Shown: positions 30,398 to 40,949, counted from the first letter of the stretch. The stretch: 64,000 nucleotides of DNA from an uncultured Phycisphaerales bacterium (GCA_963758525.1 CAVWVQ010000003.1:3904001-3968000); one strand, 5' to 3'. Made by a program: numbers and translations. The notes: generated by a model not told the origin, from the sequence alone.

Positions 30398-30618
30398 GGA
30401 ACCGAGGGTGCAAGCACCCTCGGCGTTCACGGCGAGCACCTCAAGCGAGTCCATCGTCTTCCTCCAGATTTTCCACGGGTGCAAGCACCCTCGGCGTTCA
30501 CGGCGAGCACCTCAAGCGAGTCCATCGTCCTCCTCCAGATTTTCCACGGGTGCAAGCACCCTCGGCGTTCACGGCGAGCACCTCTTCAACGCCGAGGGCT
30601 GCTTGCAGCCTCGGTTCC
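30398..30618. repeat. REP-like palindrome with a 71-bp tandem duplication (2.5 units) and a closing inverted arm
   Basis: GGGTGCAAGCACCCTCGGCGTTCACGGCGAGCACCTC at 30406, 30477 and 30548 with near-identical 34-bp linkers, then AACGCCGAGGGCTGCTTGCAGCCTCGGTTCC inverted. Confidence 0.85.
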
Positions 30619-30810
30619 CCGTGTCCGTTCGCAGTCAAACGAACCTGTCGGGGGGCTTGCTCGTTGTAAAAGAGTTCGGCTACACTTTGCCGGGCACGGT
30701 GGCCGATGTTAGCCTGTGTCTCAGAACATCGGACGGCGCACGGGCTGTTTTGAGACAGTGGCTGGCAATTGGAAAACCAACTGCAAGGCCAGTGGGACTG
30801 GGAGATTGGT

Positions 30811-31558
30811 ATGTCTCATCCGTACAACACATTTTGCGAAGACTTCTACGTGAACATGCGGCTGGGGTCGCAGATGGCGCTGCCGCACAATCGTGAGACG
30901 CTGCTGCACCTGTTCGAGCGCGTGCAGAAAAGTTATCCGGGGATGACCCGGTTCCGGAAAAACGACAGCGGCGAATTCAATCTCGAGGAAGAGCGCAGCA
31001 GTCATGCGTACCGCTGGGTGAGCCTCGAGCCCAAGCGCCTTTCCAGCGGCCATGTGAATCCTCCCAGTGTCGAGCAGTCGATGGGAGTTCACACCATGCT
31101 GCTCGAGGCCGCGCCCCATCACCTGGGAATCAGCCCGATCGAGATCGATTACCTCGACGTCCTCTTTGGCTTTGATCTTCCCTTCGGCGGCAATCACGAC
31201 GAGATCATCGCGGAGAGCCTGCTGGCGGAGTGCCCGCTCAATTGCCTCACCGAAGAGCCCGGCGCGAGCGGTGGATTTTCAGCCATCGGTGACGGTGAGC
31301 CTCAGCGACGACTGCCGGCTGCAGGCGCGCATCGACGTGGTGACGCGCACCAACAGCTATCAGGTGCGCACCGGAGACTATTCCGACGACGTGATCAGCG
31401 TATATCTGATTGTCAGGCGCTATTGGGGTGATCGCCCGAAGGAGCCGCTCGAAGTGCTCTTTGCGCAAATGGCCCAGCGTGCCGATGCGCTCTGCACAAC
31501 GTACATCGTCCCGCGGATTCTCCGGCCGATCTCGACGGCCATCGCATCCCGCTCGTAA
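30811..31558 (+). CDS. Conserved hypothetical protein (frameshift near 31268)
   Basis: GGAG RBS. Two overlapping coding-like ORFs (DFYVNM.L...RETLLH.FE; RTNSYQVRTG) join at a (GC)n run. Confidence 0.7.
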
Positions 31559-31746
31559 TGGCCATGAGCACCGACCAGCAACTCGCCACCGATATCTCCC
31601 GGCAGGGGGAACGTCTTGCCGCCCAGCTCGCGGAGTTTCGGCGCGACCTGCAGGCCCGGAAACACAGCGACGGCCAAGCTCTGGTTCAATCTGCAACCGA
31701 GGCGATCGAGCAATTGCTGCGCGATCTCCACTTGGCGAGCCGATGA
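31558..31746 (+). CDS. Small helical hypothetical protein
   Basis: Overlaps both neighbours (TAATG and ATGA), consistent with translational coupling. Confidence 0.55.
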   Translation: MAMSTDQQLATDISRQGERLAAQLAEFRRDLQARKHSDGQALVQSATEAIEQLLRDLHLASR

Positions 31747-32330
31747 TGAGCGGTCCCCAGGCTGATGTCATCGCACTTCCCGATCGATCGTTTCGGACGA
31801 AGCGATATCTGATCGTGCTGATGCTGGTGGGGATGGGCCTGTGGTTTTGCTACGACGGCTTCTACAACTGGCCGAAGCAGGCGCGCGAGGCCTCGGACCT
31901 GCAGAAGCAGCAGCAGATGCCCCGCGAGAAGCCGCATTCCGACCGTGACATTTTTCTGAACCAGTTGCTCGGCGTCTCGCTGCCGCCGGTCGGTTTTTTG
32001 GCGCTGGCGTACTTCCTGTACACGTCGCGCGGCCAATACCGTCTCTCCGGCCAGACCCTCCACGTGCCCGGCCACGATCCCATTCCCGTCGATGCGATCA
32101 CGCTGATCGACAAATCCAAATGGGAGCGGAAGGGCGTTGCGAGGATCGAGTACGAACCGGTGCCAAGCGTGCCGAGCGGCTCGGGCGAGCCCGCGCGGAC
32201 AGAGGGAAAGCCGCGGCAGTTCCAGCTTGACAATTTCGTCTATCAGGAAGAGCCGACGCGGCTGATCCTCAAGCGGCTGGAGGACGCGCTGTTTCCGGAG
32301 GAGCAGGGGCCGCAGGAAGGGTCGACGTAG
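31743..32330 (+). CDS. Hypothetical membrane protein (2 TM)
   Basis: Two hydrophobic segments, YDG.YNWP motif, ATGA overlap. Confidence 0.65.
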   Translation: MMSGPQADVIALPDRSFRTKRYLIVLMLVGMGLWFCYDGFYNWPKQAREASDLQKQQQMPREKPHSDRDIFLNQLLGVSLPPVGFLALAYFLYTSRGQYRLSGQTLHVPGHDPIPVDAITLIDKSKWERKGVARIEYEPVPSVPSGSGEPARTEGKPRQFQLDNFVYQEEPTRLILKRLEDALFPEEQGPQEGST

Positions 32331-32416
32331 AGCGAGTCTGGAGGGGCGGTTCAGAACCCGTATAGTGCTCGCGCACAATTAACTTGATCAATCGAAGCCA
32401 CCGGTGACGGAATTAC

Positions 32417-32468
32417 GTAGCACAGCCGTCTCGGCTGTGGCCGAATCACAGCCGACACCGCTGTGCTA
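32417..32468. repeat. GTAG-type REP inverted doublet
   Basis: GTAGCACAGCCGTCTCGGCTGTG ... CACAGCCGACACCGCTGTGCTAC. Confidence 0.8.
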
Positions 32469-32568
32469 CAGGGGAATCGCCCTCCGCTGCCATCGAAGGC
32501 AGTGAGAATCCACTCTCGGGACTTGCTGCGTTTACCTTTACGGACGCGAGCGCGGGAATTTGAAGTGC

Positions 32569-32602
32569 AAAAAAAGCCCGGCCATTTTGGCCGGGCTTCT
32601 TC
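32569..32602 (-). terminator. Rho-independent terminator (possibly bidirectional)
   Basis: AAAAAAA-GCCCGGCCA-TTT-TGGCCGGGC-TTCTTC, downstream of the minus-strand gene ending at 32625. Confidence 0.8.
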
Positions 32603-32624
32603 TGTGAGAGATTTTCGACGCTGC

Positions 32625-33209
32625 TCAGACGCCTTTGAGGACTTCGATAATCGCCTGGGTCTTCATGACCAGCAGGCTCTCGTCGAAGAGGTGGAAGCTC
32701 TGAACGAGCAGCTCATGGCTGCGGCGTTCGATATCAAGAACGCTGAGGTATCCGCCGCCATCAGCGGTCGGAGCGCTTTCGGCTGACATCAGCTCGCGAC
32801 GATCAGCATAAGTGCTGATCTCCTGGCGGGTTGCGTCATAAAGCGTCTGAGTGAGCTGTTCTTCCTGGGTGCTGATCATGTAGCGAATGTTGTCGCCGAC
32901 GTTCATCTCGTGATACTTCTCGCCGCGACAGGGGATCGACTGGAGGAAGTTGCGCTCGATGAGCGGATCATGATTGGTGGCAATGACTTCCGTCAATGCG
33001 GTCTTGCCAGCTACGAAGCTGATCACATGGCCGCCCTCGACGAGCCAGATATCCGCGTTATACGCGCGGCGGCTCACCTGATCGGTAGCGAGGATCTTGA
33101 ACAGCTCCGGATGGAGCGTTCGCTGGTACAACAGGAGGGTCAAGCCCCCGGCACGACGTTGTTTGGTTCGATTCGGCATGGCATCCATGCTCTTTCTAGG
33201 AGAACTCAT
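32625..33209 (-). CDS. DUF2617-like hypothetical protein
   Basis: LYQR.LHPELF...IW...GH...E...FH.F.E...KTQ. The family name is from recall. Confidence 0.6.
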   Translation of the reverse strand: MSSPRKSMDAMPNRTKQRRAGGLTLLLYQRTLHPELFKILATDQVSRRAYNADIWLVEGGHVISFVAGKTALTEVIATNHDPLIERNFLQSIPCRGEKYHEMNVGDNIRYMISTQEEQLTQTLYDATRQEISTYADRRELMSAESAPTADGGGYLSVLDIERRSHELLVQSFHLFDESLLVMKTQAIIEVLKGV

Positions 33210-33441
33210 GTGTTCCCTGGTTAAAAGGAATTATAGGGCGTCGCCGCCCCCGGAAGATGATGCGCCACTGCGGGTATTTCGAGTCAACAAAAAAGGGAAG
33301 CAAGCCGAGTCATCCATAACTGGGCCTACTACCCGCCGGATCATCTTGATCTCCGCCCAATGCGGATTTCGATCGAAGAAGTATAGAAATATCAGTCACG
33401 AAAGACTAGATAAATTTTCCTGCACATCTTTGCCACGTCAA

Positions 33442-34191
33442 TCAGAGCAACGTGATAAACAGGTCGTAAAAGCAGTGAGAACCTGCGGTTATGCCGAATC
33501 CACGCATCAAAAATACCACCCCAAAATAGGCGCCTGCAATTGTTCGGAAGATGAACGTCTGGAGCTGAAAGTGTTCGTTTGGGCTCAAGTAATGGTAGGC
33601 AGAGAAGGATATGGCCGAGGTTGCCACCACTAATAGATGGGTCGCGGTACGCCCTGCTTTGAGCAGATCGCGCAGCAAGAGGCTCAGAAGTGCGAAAAGG
33701 GCGAGCCGGAAAAAGAACTCCTCGTAGACGCCTGCCCCTAGCGCCAGGATCAGCCTGTCGGCGCGGGGCCCTGCCACCGCCGCCAAGGGAAAGTACCGCG
33801 GCAGGGCGATGCCCAGCAAAATCAGTGGGATGGTCAACAGCCCGCTCTCCACTGCCATTCCCAGAAGCACCCGAATGTCGATCTCCCAGGAATCCTTGCG
33901 TGCGATATGCCAGGCCAGCAGGACACCGGCAACCGACATCGCTGGCAGGTGGCGTCCGTCGGCCCCCACGAACGCAAAGAACCGCTGCATCAGGTTGAAC
34001 GCAATGATCTGCTCATCCCGCCCATGTCGCGCGGCCGTGGTAAAATAGCGAGTTCCAACTTCGTAGAGAACAATCAATGGCAACAAGAAAACGAGGCTGA
34101 TCAGCGGCATTTCGGAACGGCCGAGATAATTGAACGCAGCCTCCTGCACGGGAGCCGCCGTCGTTGCCGGCGCGCTGATGGCCCGGGTCAT
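33442..34191 (-). CDS. CPBP (CAAX/Abi) family intramembrane metalloprotease
   Basis: EEFFFR, FSAYH, H.FYD; multiple TM segments; overlaps the fliM stop. Confidence 0.85.
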   Translation of the reverse strand: MTRAISAPATTAAPVQEAAFNYLGRSEMPLISLVFLLPLIVLYEVGTRYFTTAARHGRDEQIIAFNLMQRFFAFVGADGRHLPAMSVAGVLLAWHIARKDSWEIDIRVLLGMAVESGLLTIPLILLGIALPRYFPLAAVAGPRADRLILALGAGVYEEFFFRLALFALLSLLLRDLLKAGRTATHLLVVATSAISFSAYHYLSPNEHFQLQTFIFRTIAGAYFGVVFLMRGFGITAGSHCFYDLFITLL

Positions 34192-35222
34192 GTGGCCTCC
34201 CCGTTTTTCTCGGCTTTGGTCGCCTCGGGAGTCTGGCAGGCCCGCGTGATCTTCACCGAGCGGTTGCCGCGAAACTGCCCAATCTGCCCCAAAAACTTGT
34301 TTCGTCCCTCGACTTGGATCAATACGTCCCGCCGGCAGTCTTTTTCGGTGGTGATCAGATCACCGACCTGCAGCGACAGCAGGTCTTCCAGCCGCATCGT
34401 CGTCTGAGCGAGGAAGGCACGCGCTTCGACCGGGGCGTTTTGCACCGAGCGGGTGAGCTTTCGCGACTGATCGTCCTGCCCGGTCTTCCGCTGATACGTG
34501 AACCAGTTCTGCGCGTTGAGCACGCCCATGATCGGCTCGATGACGTTGTAGGGAATGCACAGGCTCATTGTTCCGGCGCGGTTGCCCATCTTCAATTCAA
34601 AGCCAACCACCACCACCGTTTCGTTTGGCGGAACGATCTGCACGAGCTGCGGGTTGCTCTCAAAATCCTGTACGGAAAACGTGACCGGCGTGAGGTTGCT
34701 CCATGCTTCAGAGAGATGGTGCGTGGCCCGATCCGTGATGCGTTGCACGAGCCGTTGCTCGATCTGGGTGAGCGGACGCTGCGGGATGAACAGGTCGGCG
34801 TTGCTGCCGCCGAGCAGACGATCGATGATCGGATAAATGATCAGCGGGCTGATTTCCAGGCAAAGCTGCCCGTCGAGTTGCTCGGCCTTGAGCAGATTGA
34901 AGCAGGTGGGGTTGGGCAGCGAATGGATAAATTCGCTGTAGGTCAGTTGCTCGATGTGAGCGACGGATACTTCGATAATGGTGCGCAGATACCCGGAGAT
35001 GGCTGCGCCGAAGTTTCGTCCGAAGCCTTCATGGAGCCCTTCGAGGGCTCGCATCTGATCTTTGCTGACGCGCTCGGGGCGCTTGAAGTCGTAGATCTGT
35101 ACGCTGACCTGGCTGGTTCCATTGCTGCCGAAAATATTGGGCGCGGGTTCCTGCGCCACCTGCCCGCTATCGACCGCGGCAAGCAGTGCGTCCACCTCGG
35201 ACTGATCTAAGACATCCGCCAA
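34188..35222 (-). CDS. fliM: Flagellar motor switch protein FliM
   Basis: MADVLDQSEVDALL, YDFKRPERVSKDQ, DRLLGG, ESNPQL, C-terminal SpoA domain. Confidence 0.96.
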   Translation of the reverse strand: MADVLDQSEVDALLAAVDSGQVAQEPAPNIFGSNGTSQVSVQIYDFKRPERVSKDQMRALEGLHEGFGRNFGAAISGYLRTIIEVSVAHIEQLTYSEFIHSLPNPTCFNLLKAEQLDGQLCLEISPLIIYPIIDRLLGGSNADLFIPQRPLTQIEQRLVQRITDRATHHLSEAWSNLTPVTFSVQDFESNPQLVQIVPPNETVVVVGFELKMGNRAGTMSLCIPYNVIEPIMGVLNAQNWFTYQRKTGQDDQSRKLTRSVQNAPVEARAFLAQTTMRLEDLLSLQVGDLITTEKDCRRDVLIQVEGRNKFLGQIGQFRGNRSVKITRACQTPEATKAEKNGEAT

Positions 35223-35739
35223 CGGTTAGGCCTCCGTGCCTCTATTCGTTCATTATCGGACGTTTGGGTCAATTTAATAAAGAATCGTGCGCGAATACGA
35301 TCGTGCAAAAGGTGATGCTGCCCCGCGGTAAGGCGGCTAAGAGATTCTCAACAGCGCACTGTCGCGCGTCGTGGCAAAGATAGCAGCAAAACGATCTGAA
35401 CGAAATGCACTGGGGCGCAGGCGCTGGCATTTGGCGTTACGCCAGGCCATCCCAGCGTTCCGGCGCCTCGCGGATCGCATCGAGCCGGGCGCGCGCGTCT
35501 CGCTCCCCCTGGGGCGATTTCGCGGGCAAAGCGGCCTGCAAGGCCGTCCGTTGCATTGAAGCCGGGGAAATCGGCGCAGCCGGGCCGACGGGTCGAGGCG
35601 AAGGATTGAAACGGTCTGAGTTGCCCATAGTCGATTTCTCGTTGCGACAACATGCAATCGGATCGACTTGGGAGCAAATTAAGCTCGATTTGGAAACAGG
35701 GAGGGGGGCGGGGCTGGGAAGGACGGAGATGGCTCGATA

Positions 35740-35950
35740 AACCCGAATGACGAAACCCGAAACCAGAATCAAGCCCGAATGACGAAACCCGAAACCAGAA
35801 TCGAAATCGCCATGGAGCGGACTGGTTGCAAGCTCAATTTCCGGCAGTTGAAACGCGGCAAAGAAGCGAACCGCGTCGGGCTTTAGCGATCGTATCATTC
35901 GGACTTCGTCACTCGGGCTTGATTCTGGTTTCGGGTTTCGTCATTCGGAT
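35740..35950. repeat. Inverted repeat element built from (CCCGAATGACGAAACCCGAAACCAGAATC) units
   Basis: Two direct units at 35740-35802 and the reverse complement at about 35895-35950. Confidence 0.85.
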
Positions 35951-35951
35951 T

Positions 35952-37220
35952 TTATCGCACGTGCCCCTCGCCGGTAACGATCCACTTGGAGCTGGTCAGA
36001 TCCGCCGCGCCCATCGGACCGCGGGAATGCAGCTTATCGGTGCTGATGCCGATTTCCGCGCCCAGCCCGTACTCCCCGCCGTCGGCGAACCGCGTGCTGG
36101 CGTTCACGATGACGCTGGCGCTGTCCACCCGCCGGGTAAACTCAGCGGCGCTGGTGATCGATGGGGTCAGAATCGCGTCGGTGTGCCGGCTTCCGTATTC
36201 ATTGATGTGCTCCACGGCTTCGTTGAGCGAATCGACGACCTTGATCGCGACAATTAATGCCAGATACTCCAGCGGCCAGTCACCGTCGGTCGCGGGCTCT
36301 GCCGCGGGATACAGTTTGCGCGTTGGCTCGTCGCCGCGGATTTCCACCCCCTTGGCAGCCAGGTCGGCGCAGACTTTCGGAAGCAATCGCTCCGCGACGT
36401 CTTTGTGAAATAGTATTTTCTCGACCGCGTTGCATACCGCGCCGCCGGGATAACTGGTCTTCGCATTCACGCAGATCTCGCGCACCTGCTTTTCCATCGT
36501 CTGGGCGCCGGCATCGACGTAGATATGACAATTGCCGGTGAAGTGTTTGAGCACCGGGATCGTCGATTCCTTTACGACCGCGCGAATCAGGCTCTCGCCG
36601 CCGCGGGGAATCACCAGATCGATGTAGCGATCGAGCTTGAGCAGCACCGGCACCAGCGCGCGATCGGTCGATTCGACCAGTTGCACCGCCGCCGGATCGA
36701 TGTGCGCGTTGGCCAGCGCCTCGGCAATGATCAGCGCAATGGCGCGGTTGGAATGAAACGCTTCTTTCCCGCCGCGCAGGATGATCGCATTGCCGCTCTT
36801 GATGCAGAGCGCCGCCGCGTCGCTGGTGACGTTGGGCCGGCTCTCGTAGAAGAACAATACGACCCCGAGCGGGACGCGCACCTTCTGGATGCGCAGTCCG
36901 TTGGGCCGAACGTAGCCCTCGATGATTTGTCCCACCGGATCGGTCTGGGCCGCGATTTGCTCGACGCCGCTGGCCATCGCGGCAACTCGCTTCTCATCAA
37001 GCTTGAGCCGCGCGACCAGCGCCGGCGCGAGCCCCGCCTCCTGGGCCGCTCGAATGTCGTGCGCGTTGGCCGCGATCAACTTCGCGCTCTGCTCACGGAT
37101 GGATCTGGCAATCTCCCGCAGCGCATCGCTGCGTGTTTCGCCGCTGAGAGAAACGAGTTGTGCCGCGGCCCGACGCGCCGCGATTCCAAGGGTTTGAGCG
37201 TAAGCGACGTGATCTTCCAT
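35952..37220 (-). CDS. proA: Gamma-glutamyl phosphate reductase
   Basis: VPLGV..FYESRPNVT, IPRGGE, CNAVE, NASTRFADG..GLGAEIGIST.KLH.RGPMG. Confidence 0.96.
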   Translation of the reverse strand: MEDHVAYAQTLGIAARRAAAQLVSLSGETRSDALREIARSIREQSAKLIAANAHDIRAAQEAGLAPALVARLKLDEKRVAAMASGVEQIAAQTDPVGQIIEGYVRPNGLRIQKVRVPLGVVLFFYESRPNVTSDAAALCIKSGNAIILRGGKEAFHSNRAIALIIAEALANAHIDPAAVQLVESTDRALVPVLLKLDRYIDLVIPRGGESLIRAVVKESTIPVLKHFTGNCHIYVDAGAQTMEKQVREICVNAKTSYPGGAVCNAVEKILFHKDVAERLLPKVCADLAAKGVEIRGDEPTRKLYPAAEPATDGDWPLEYLALIVAIKVVDSLNEAVEHINEYGSRHTDAILTPSITSAAEFTRRVDSASVIVNASTRFADGGEYGLGAEIGISTDKLHSRGPMGAADLTSSKWIVTGEGHVR

Positions 37221-37258
37221 GTCAGGGTGATTGTAGCAGCGGAGCCGCACGCGGAAAG

Positions 37259-38398
37259 CTATTCAGCCGCGCGGCGTTCGACGAGCTTGTAGGTGATGGT
37301 GCGTTGGGCAAAATCGGGGCTGACATGCACATCCGGCGGCAGATCAAAATGCAGGCGCGCCGTCTGATCCACTCCAACCATCGACAGGTTGGGATTCACC
37401 TCGAATGTTGCCTTGGGCGTCAGTGGATAGGTCTTTGTCTGCAGCGCGTTGATCTGATCTTCCGGCCCGCTGACGACGACGTTGGTCAGTGACGGCGGGT
37501 CATAGACGGCCTTATATTTGTCGTCAACCACGGGGGGCACGATCGCCCAGATTGGAATCGCCTCCAACACCAGAGTGGCGTCCGATTTCTTGATTTCGAC
37601 ATGCGCGGAAACCGTGGTGGGTGAAATAGTCAGAAGGCTGTCTGTGAACGGAACGGTCAGAGGCACGCGCGGCAAATCGTGAGCCCCGGGAGTGAGCGGT
37701 TCGCTTGCCTCGTTGATTTGAGCGTATGCCACCAGTTTGTTCGATGCTTTCGCATTGGCGATCACCGAGCGAGGGGCGCGGATATGGACTTTGCGGGGCG
37801 TGAAGCTGGGAGCGGCGGAAAAGTTCTTCCCGTCGGGCGCCGCCTGCACCTCGACCTCAACGTCATCCAGCGCATCGACATTGACAGTCAGGTCCGGCGG
37901 AATCACGTTGCTCACGGTGATTCCGTTGTTCCGAAAAACATCCAGGTCGTTGATCAAGGCCCCTGACATCTGATGGTTGCCGGTGCTGGAGAGGCTCGAT
38001 TGCGGAACGTCGATCTGGAGGGTGGGAGCCAGCGCAAGCTGCTCGCGAATGTGCTGCATGTTGGCATTTGCGCCGGCGAGGTCGACCGTGATCTTCCCGT
38101 TGGCCGGGTCGACAAGCCGCACGACGCGCGTCGGATCGGAGCTGCGCAGCGAGATGCTGATCGTGAACGGCTGCGGCAGCGCGATATCTTCCTGCTCGGC
38201 ATACACCCAGATGACGACCGAAAGGGGCGCCACCCAAAGCAGCGATTTGAGCCCGCTCAGCACCGACGCCAGCGAGAACGTCTGCCGCGCCCATGCACGC
38301 AGGCCCAGCAGCACGTCGCGCGTAAACGAACTGTGCGGATTGCGCGAAGCAGCGCGGTCCTTCGAAGTCTTCGCTTTGTCCGATGGCGTGGGGCTCAT
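37259..38398 (-). CDS. cdaR: CdaR/YbbR-like regulator of diadenylate cyclase
   Basis: N-terminal TM (LSVVIWVYA), beta-rich repeats (P..V.V.GP), directly downstream of cdaA. Confidence 0.7.
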   Translation of the reverse strand: MSPTPSDKAKTSKDRAASRNPHSSFTRDVLLGLRAWARQTFSLASVLSGLKSLLWVAPLSVVIWVYAEQEDIALPQPFTISISLRSSDPTRVVRLVDPANGKITVDLAGANANMQHIREQLALAPTLQIDVPQSSLSSTGNHQMSGALINDLDVFRNNGITVSNVIPPDLTVNVDALDDVEVEVQAAPDGKNFSAAPSFTPRKVHIRAPRSVIANAKASNKLVAYAQINEASEPLTPGAHDLPRVPLTVPFTDSLLTISPTTVSAHVEIKKSDATLVLEAIPIWAIVPPVVDDKYKAVYDPPSLTNVVVSGPEDQINALQTKTYPLTPKATFEVNPNLSMVGVDQTARLHFDLPPDVHVSPDFAQRTITYKLVERRAAE

Positions 38399-38424
38399 AG
38401 GTTTGCCGACCTTGCTTTGCTCAC

Positions 38425-39249
38425 TCAGGCGGCCTCCCGAAACGAATCTCCGTGGCCGCGGTTGAGCAGTTCGCTCAACAGGCCACGAAGTCCTTCCGGC
38501 GTCAGTTTGCGAATCAATTGCCCTCGCTCCGCGATGCTGATGTCTCCGGTCTCTTCCGAGACAATCATAATCACCGCGTCCGTCTCCTGGCTCATCCCGA
38601 CCGCGGCCCGATGCCGGGATCCCAGCTCCTTCTCAAGTTCGCCGCTCTCGGCAAGGGGAAATTGCACTCCCGCGTACGCGACCCGTCCGTTGCTGATGAC
38701 TACTCCCAAATCGTGGAGCGGGGAGTTCGGCCAGAAGATTGTATTCAGCAGATCGGCGGAAAGATCGGCGTTGAGCCGCGTGCCGCTCTCGGCGATACCG
38801 CCGAGCCCAACTTCCCGCTCGATCGCCACCAGCGCGCCAATTTTTCGTCGGGAGCAAAATGTGGCCGATTCGACCAGCGCTTCGATCTCCTCGTCGATTT
38901 CCTGATAGCGTCTGAAGATGCTCGCCTCACCAAGCCGCATCAGCGCACGGCGCAGCTCAGGCTGGAAAACCACGACCACCATCAATGACACCGCGAAGAG
39001 AAGCTTGTTATAGAGAAATTCAACGCGCCTCAGGTCGAATCCAGCCCCCAGCAGATGAACGATCAGAAACAGCGCGACGAGAATAAATCCGATGCCGCGC
39101 AACATTCGCGCGCCGCGCGTTCCCCGCAGGAAGCGGACGACCCAGAAAACGACCAGCCCGATGAGGATCAGCTCGATCGCAATGCGCCACCACGGGATGT
39201 CATGGATCTGGCGGAGAAACTGCGAAATGTCGAGAAAATTTGATGGCAT
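38425..39249 (-). CDS. cdaA: Membrane-bound diadenylate cyclase
   Basis: Three TM segments, VFQPELRRAL, GAL.AIER, SPLHDLG, GSRHRAAVG, VSEETG. Confidence 0.93.
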   Translation of the reverse strand: MPSNFLDISQFLRQIHDIPWWRIAIELILIGLVVFWVVRFLRGTRGARMLRGIGFILVALFLIVHLLGAGFDLRRVEFLYNKLLFAVSLMVVVVFQPELRRALMRLGEASIFRRYQEIDEEIEALVESATFCSRRKIGALVAIEREVGLGGIAESGTRLNADLSADLLNTIFWPNSPLHDLGVVISNGRVAYAGVQFPLAESGELEKELGSRHRAAVGMSQETDAVIMIVSEETGDISIAERGQLIRKLTPEGLRGLLSELLNRGHGDSFREAA

Positions 39250-39371
39250 TGGCGCTTAGGGTCGACAAGACGCCGACGATCGGTCGGGCCGCGGCAGCAT
39301 GCACACCATGCCGAGGCAATCATGGAGCAACGTATTCTCGGACTATATTACGGCCGGTTTGCAGTAGCTAG

Positions 39372-40235
39372 CTACCGGTGCCCCGGCAAAAATTGCGCGC
39401 TTCCCGTTTGTATCGCCCGGATCATATATGCCACTTGAGACATCGGGCCAACGTCATGGACACGCACGATCGCCGCGCCGTTTGCCAACGCCCACGCCAC
39501 CGACGCGGCGGTGCCGAACAATCGTTCCGCAGTCGAATCGGACGTGACTTTCGCAATGAAACCCTTGCGGCTGGTCCCGGCGACGATCGGCAGGTCCAGC
39601 GCCGCCAGATCCTTCAGTTGCCGGAGCAGTTCCAAATTGTGCTCGACGGTCTTTCCAAACCCAAAGCCCGGGTCAACGAGAACCAAGGATTTCGCAATGC
39701 CGGCTTCGACAGCGGCGGCAACGCGTTGCGCAAGGAACTCGCGAACCTCCATGACAACATTGCGATACTCCGGCGCGACCTGCATCGTAGCCGGCTCACC
39801 CTGCATGTGCATCAAAATGACCGGGACTCGCCGGTCGGCAACGAGGGGAAACATCGCCGAATCATCGCGCCCCGCGGAAATGTCATTGACGACGTTCGCG
39901 CCGCAATCCAGCGCGGCCGCCGCGACCGGCCCCAGCGTCGTATCGATTGAGATGACAACCGGAACCTGCGCGCGAATCGCCCGCAGCACGGGAACGACGC
40001 GCGCGATTTGCTGGTCGGCAGAGACGCGCACCGAGCCCGGCCGCGCTGATTCGCCGCCGACATCGAGCCAGTCCGCGCCGGCGTCGACCATCTGCCGCGC
40101 GCGTGCGACCGCGGCGGCGGGCTCGAGAAATCGTCCGCCGTCGCTGAAACTGTCGGGGGTGATGTTCAGGATCCCCATGACCAGCGGCCGACGCCGTTGA
40201 TCGCCGAGCCACGCTGAAAGATCGCTGGGAATCAA
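39372..40235 (-). CDS. folP: Dihydropteroate synthase (start approximate)
   Basis: MGILNITPDSFSDGG, DVGGES.RPG, SIDT, DPGFGFGK, SRK, RVHDV. Confidence 0.96.
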   Translation of the reverse strand: MIPSDLSAWLGDQRRRPLVMGILNITPDSFSDGGRFLEPAAAVARARQMVDAGADWLDVGGESARPGSVRVSADQQIARVVPVLRAIRAQVPVVISIDTTLGPVAAAALDCGANVVNDISAGRDDSAMFPLVADRRVPVILMHMQGEPATMQVAPEYRNVVMEVREFLAQRVAAAVEAGIAKSLVLVDPGFGFGKTVEHNLELLRQLKDLAALDLPIVAGTSRKGFIAKVTSDSTAERLFGTAASVAWALANGAAIVRVHDVGPMSQVAYMIRAIQTGSAQFLPGHR

Positions 40236-40243
40236 GGAGTGTA

Positions 40244-40693
40244 TTACTCGATGAGATTTTTCTCGAAGACGATGAGATTGTCTGCGTGCGTCGAATCCCA
40301 TCGAATCCCGACGAGATCGAACCCGAGCGAAACCGCGAAGTGTACAAATTCCCGCTGATGATTCATGCACTCGCAGCGGACGTATTCGTAACCGTGATCC
40401 TTCGCCCAGGCCTGCTGCGCTTCCTGCAGCTGCCGGCCGACTCCGTGGCGGCGCAAATCAGAGACGACCGCCCCGAGCCAGTGATAAAACATTCCGGGCT
40501 TGAGCTCAAAGCCAATCCAGAATCCCACCGGCTTGTCGTCCATCCGGGCAAGAAGAGTCAGCGCGTTATAGCGGCCCATGAATCGGCGTTTGAAAAAATC
40601 CACCTCGCGACGCGGACGAAAGACCGAGTTGTACAACTCGACCGCCTGAGGCAGCAGTCGTTCGTCGGCGATAATGATCTCAGCCTGAGCCAC
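40244..40693 (-). CDS. GNAT family N-acetyltransferase
   Basis: V...RRHGVGRQL acetyl-CoA motif; N......LGF. Confidence 0.85.
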   Translation of the reverse strand: MAQAEIIIADERLLPQAVELYNSVFRPRREVDFFKRRFMGRYNALTLLARMDDKPVGFWIGFELKPGMFYHWLGAVVSDLRRHGVGRQLQEAQQAWAKDHGYEYVRCECMNHQREFVHFAVSLGFDLVGIRWDSTHADNLIVFEKNLIE

Positions 40694-40834
40694 TTTTCAA
40701 AGTCTCCAAATGAGCGCAGCCGGCAGTATAGCGGGAATCGGGGGGGATTCCATTTTGTGAGGAGCAAGGGGATTGGGAACGGATCGGCGAGCAAGAAATG
40801 AAGGGGACAATTCGGATGAAACTCCCACTTTTAG

Positions 40835-40921
40835 CTTTTTCATTTTTCACTTTCCATTTTTCATTGAGCGGGGAGGCTGGAGGCGCGCAAATAAAAAAAT
40901 GAAAAATGAAAAGTGAAAAAG
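40835..40921. repeat. Inverted pair of (TTTTTCA)n heptamer repeats
   Basis: Same family as 851-938; lies just downstream of ftsH. Confidence 0.8.
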
Positions 40922-40949
40922 TTTAACTGGCGGTCCCGCTGACCCCTCC

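Noticed and set aside
30406..30584. Second CRISPR array (37-bp repeat with 34-bp spacers)
   Set aside because: The two 'spacers' are nearly identical and the unit has an inverted partner, so it is a tandemly amplified REP-like element.
35223..35740. c-di-GMP riboswitch or ORF upstream of fliM
   Set aside because: I found no GEMM-like consensus on the minus strand, and the short ORFs there lack recognisable features.
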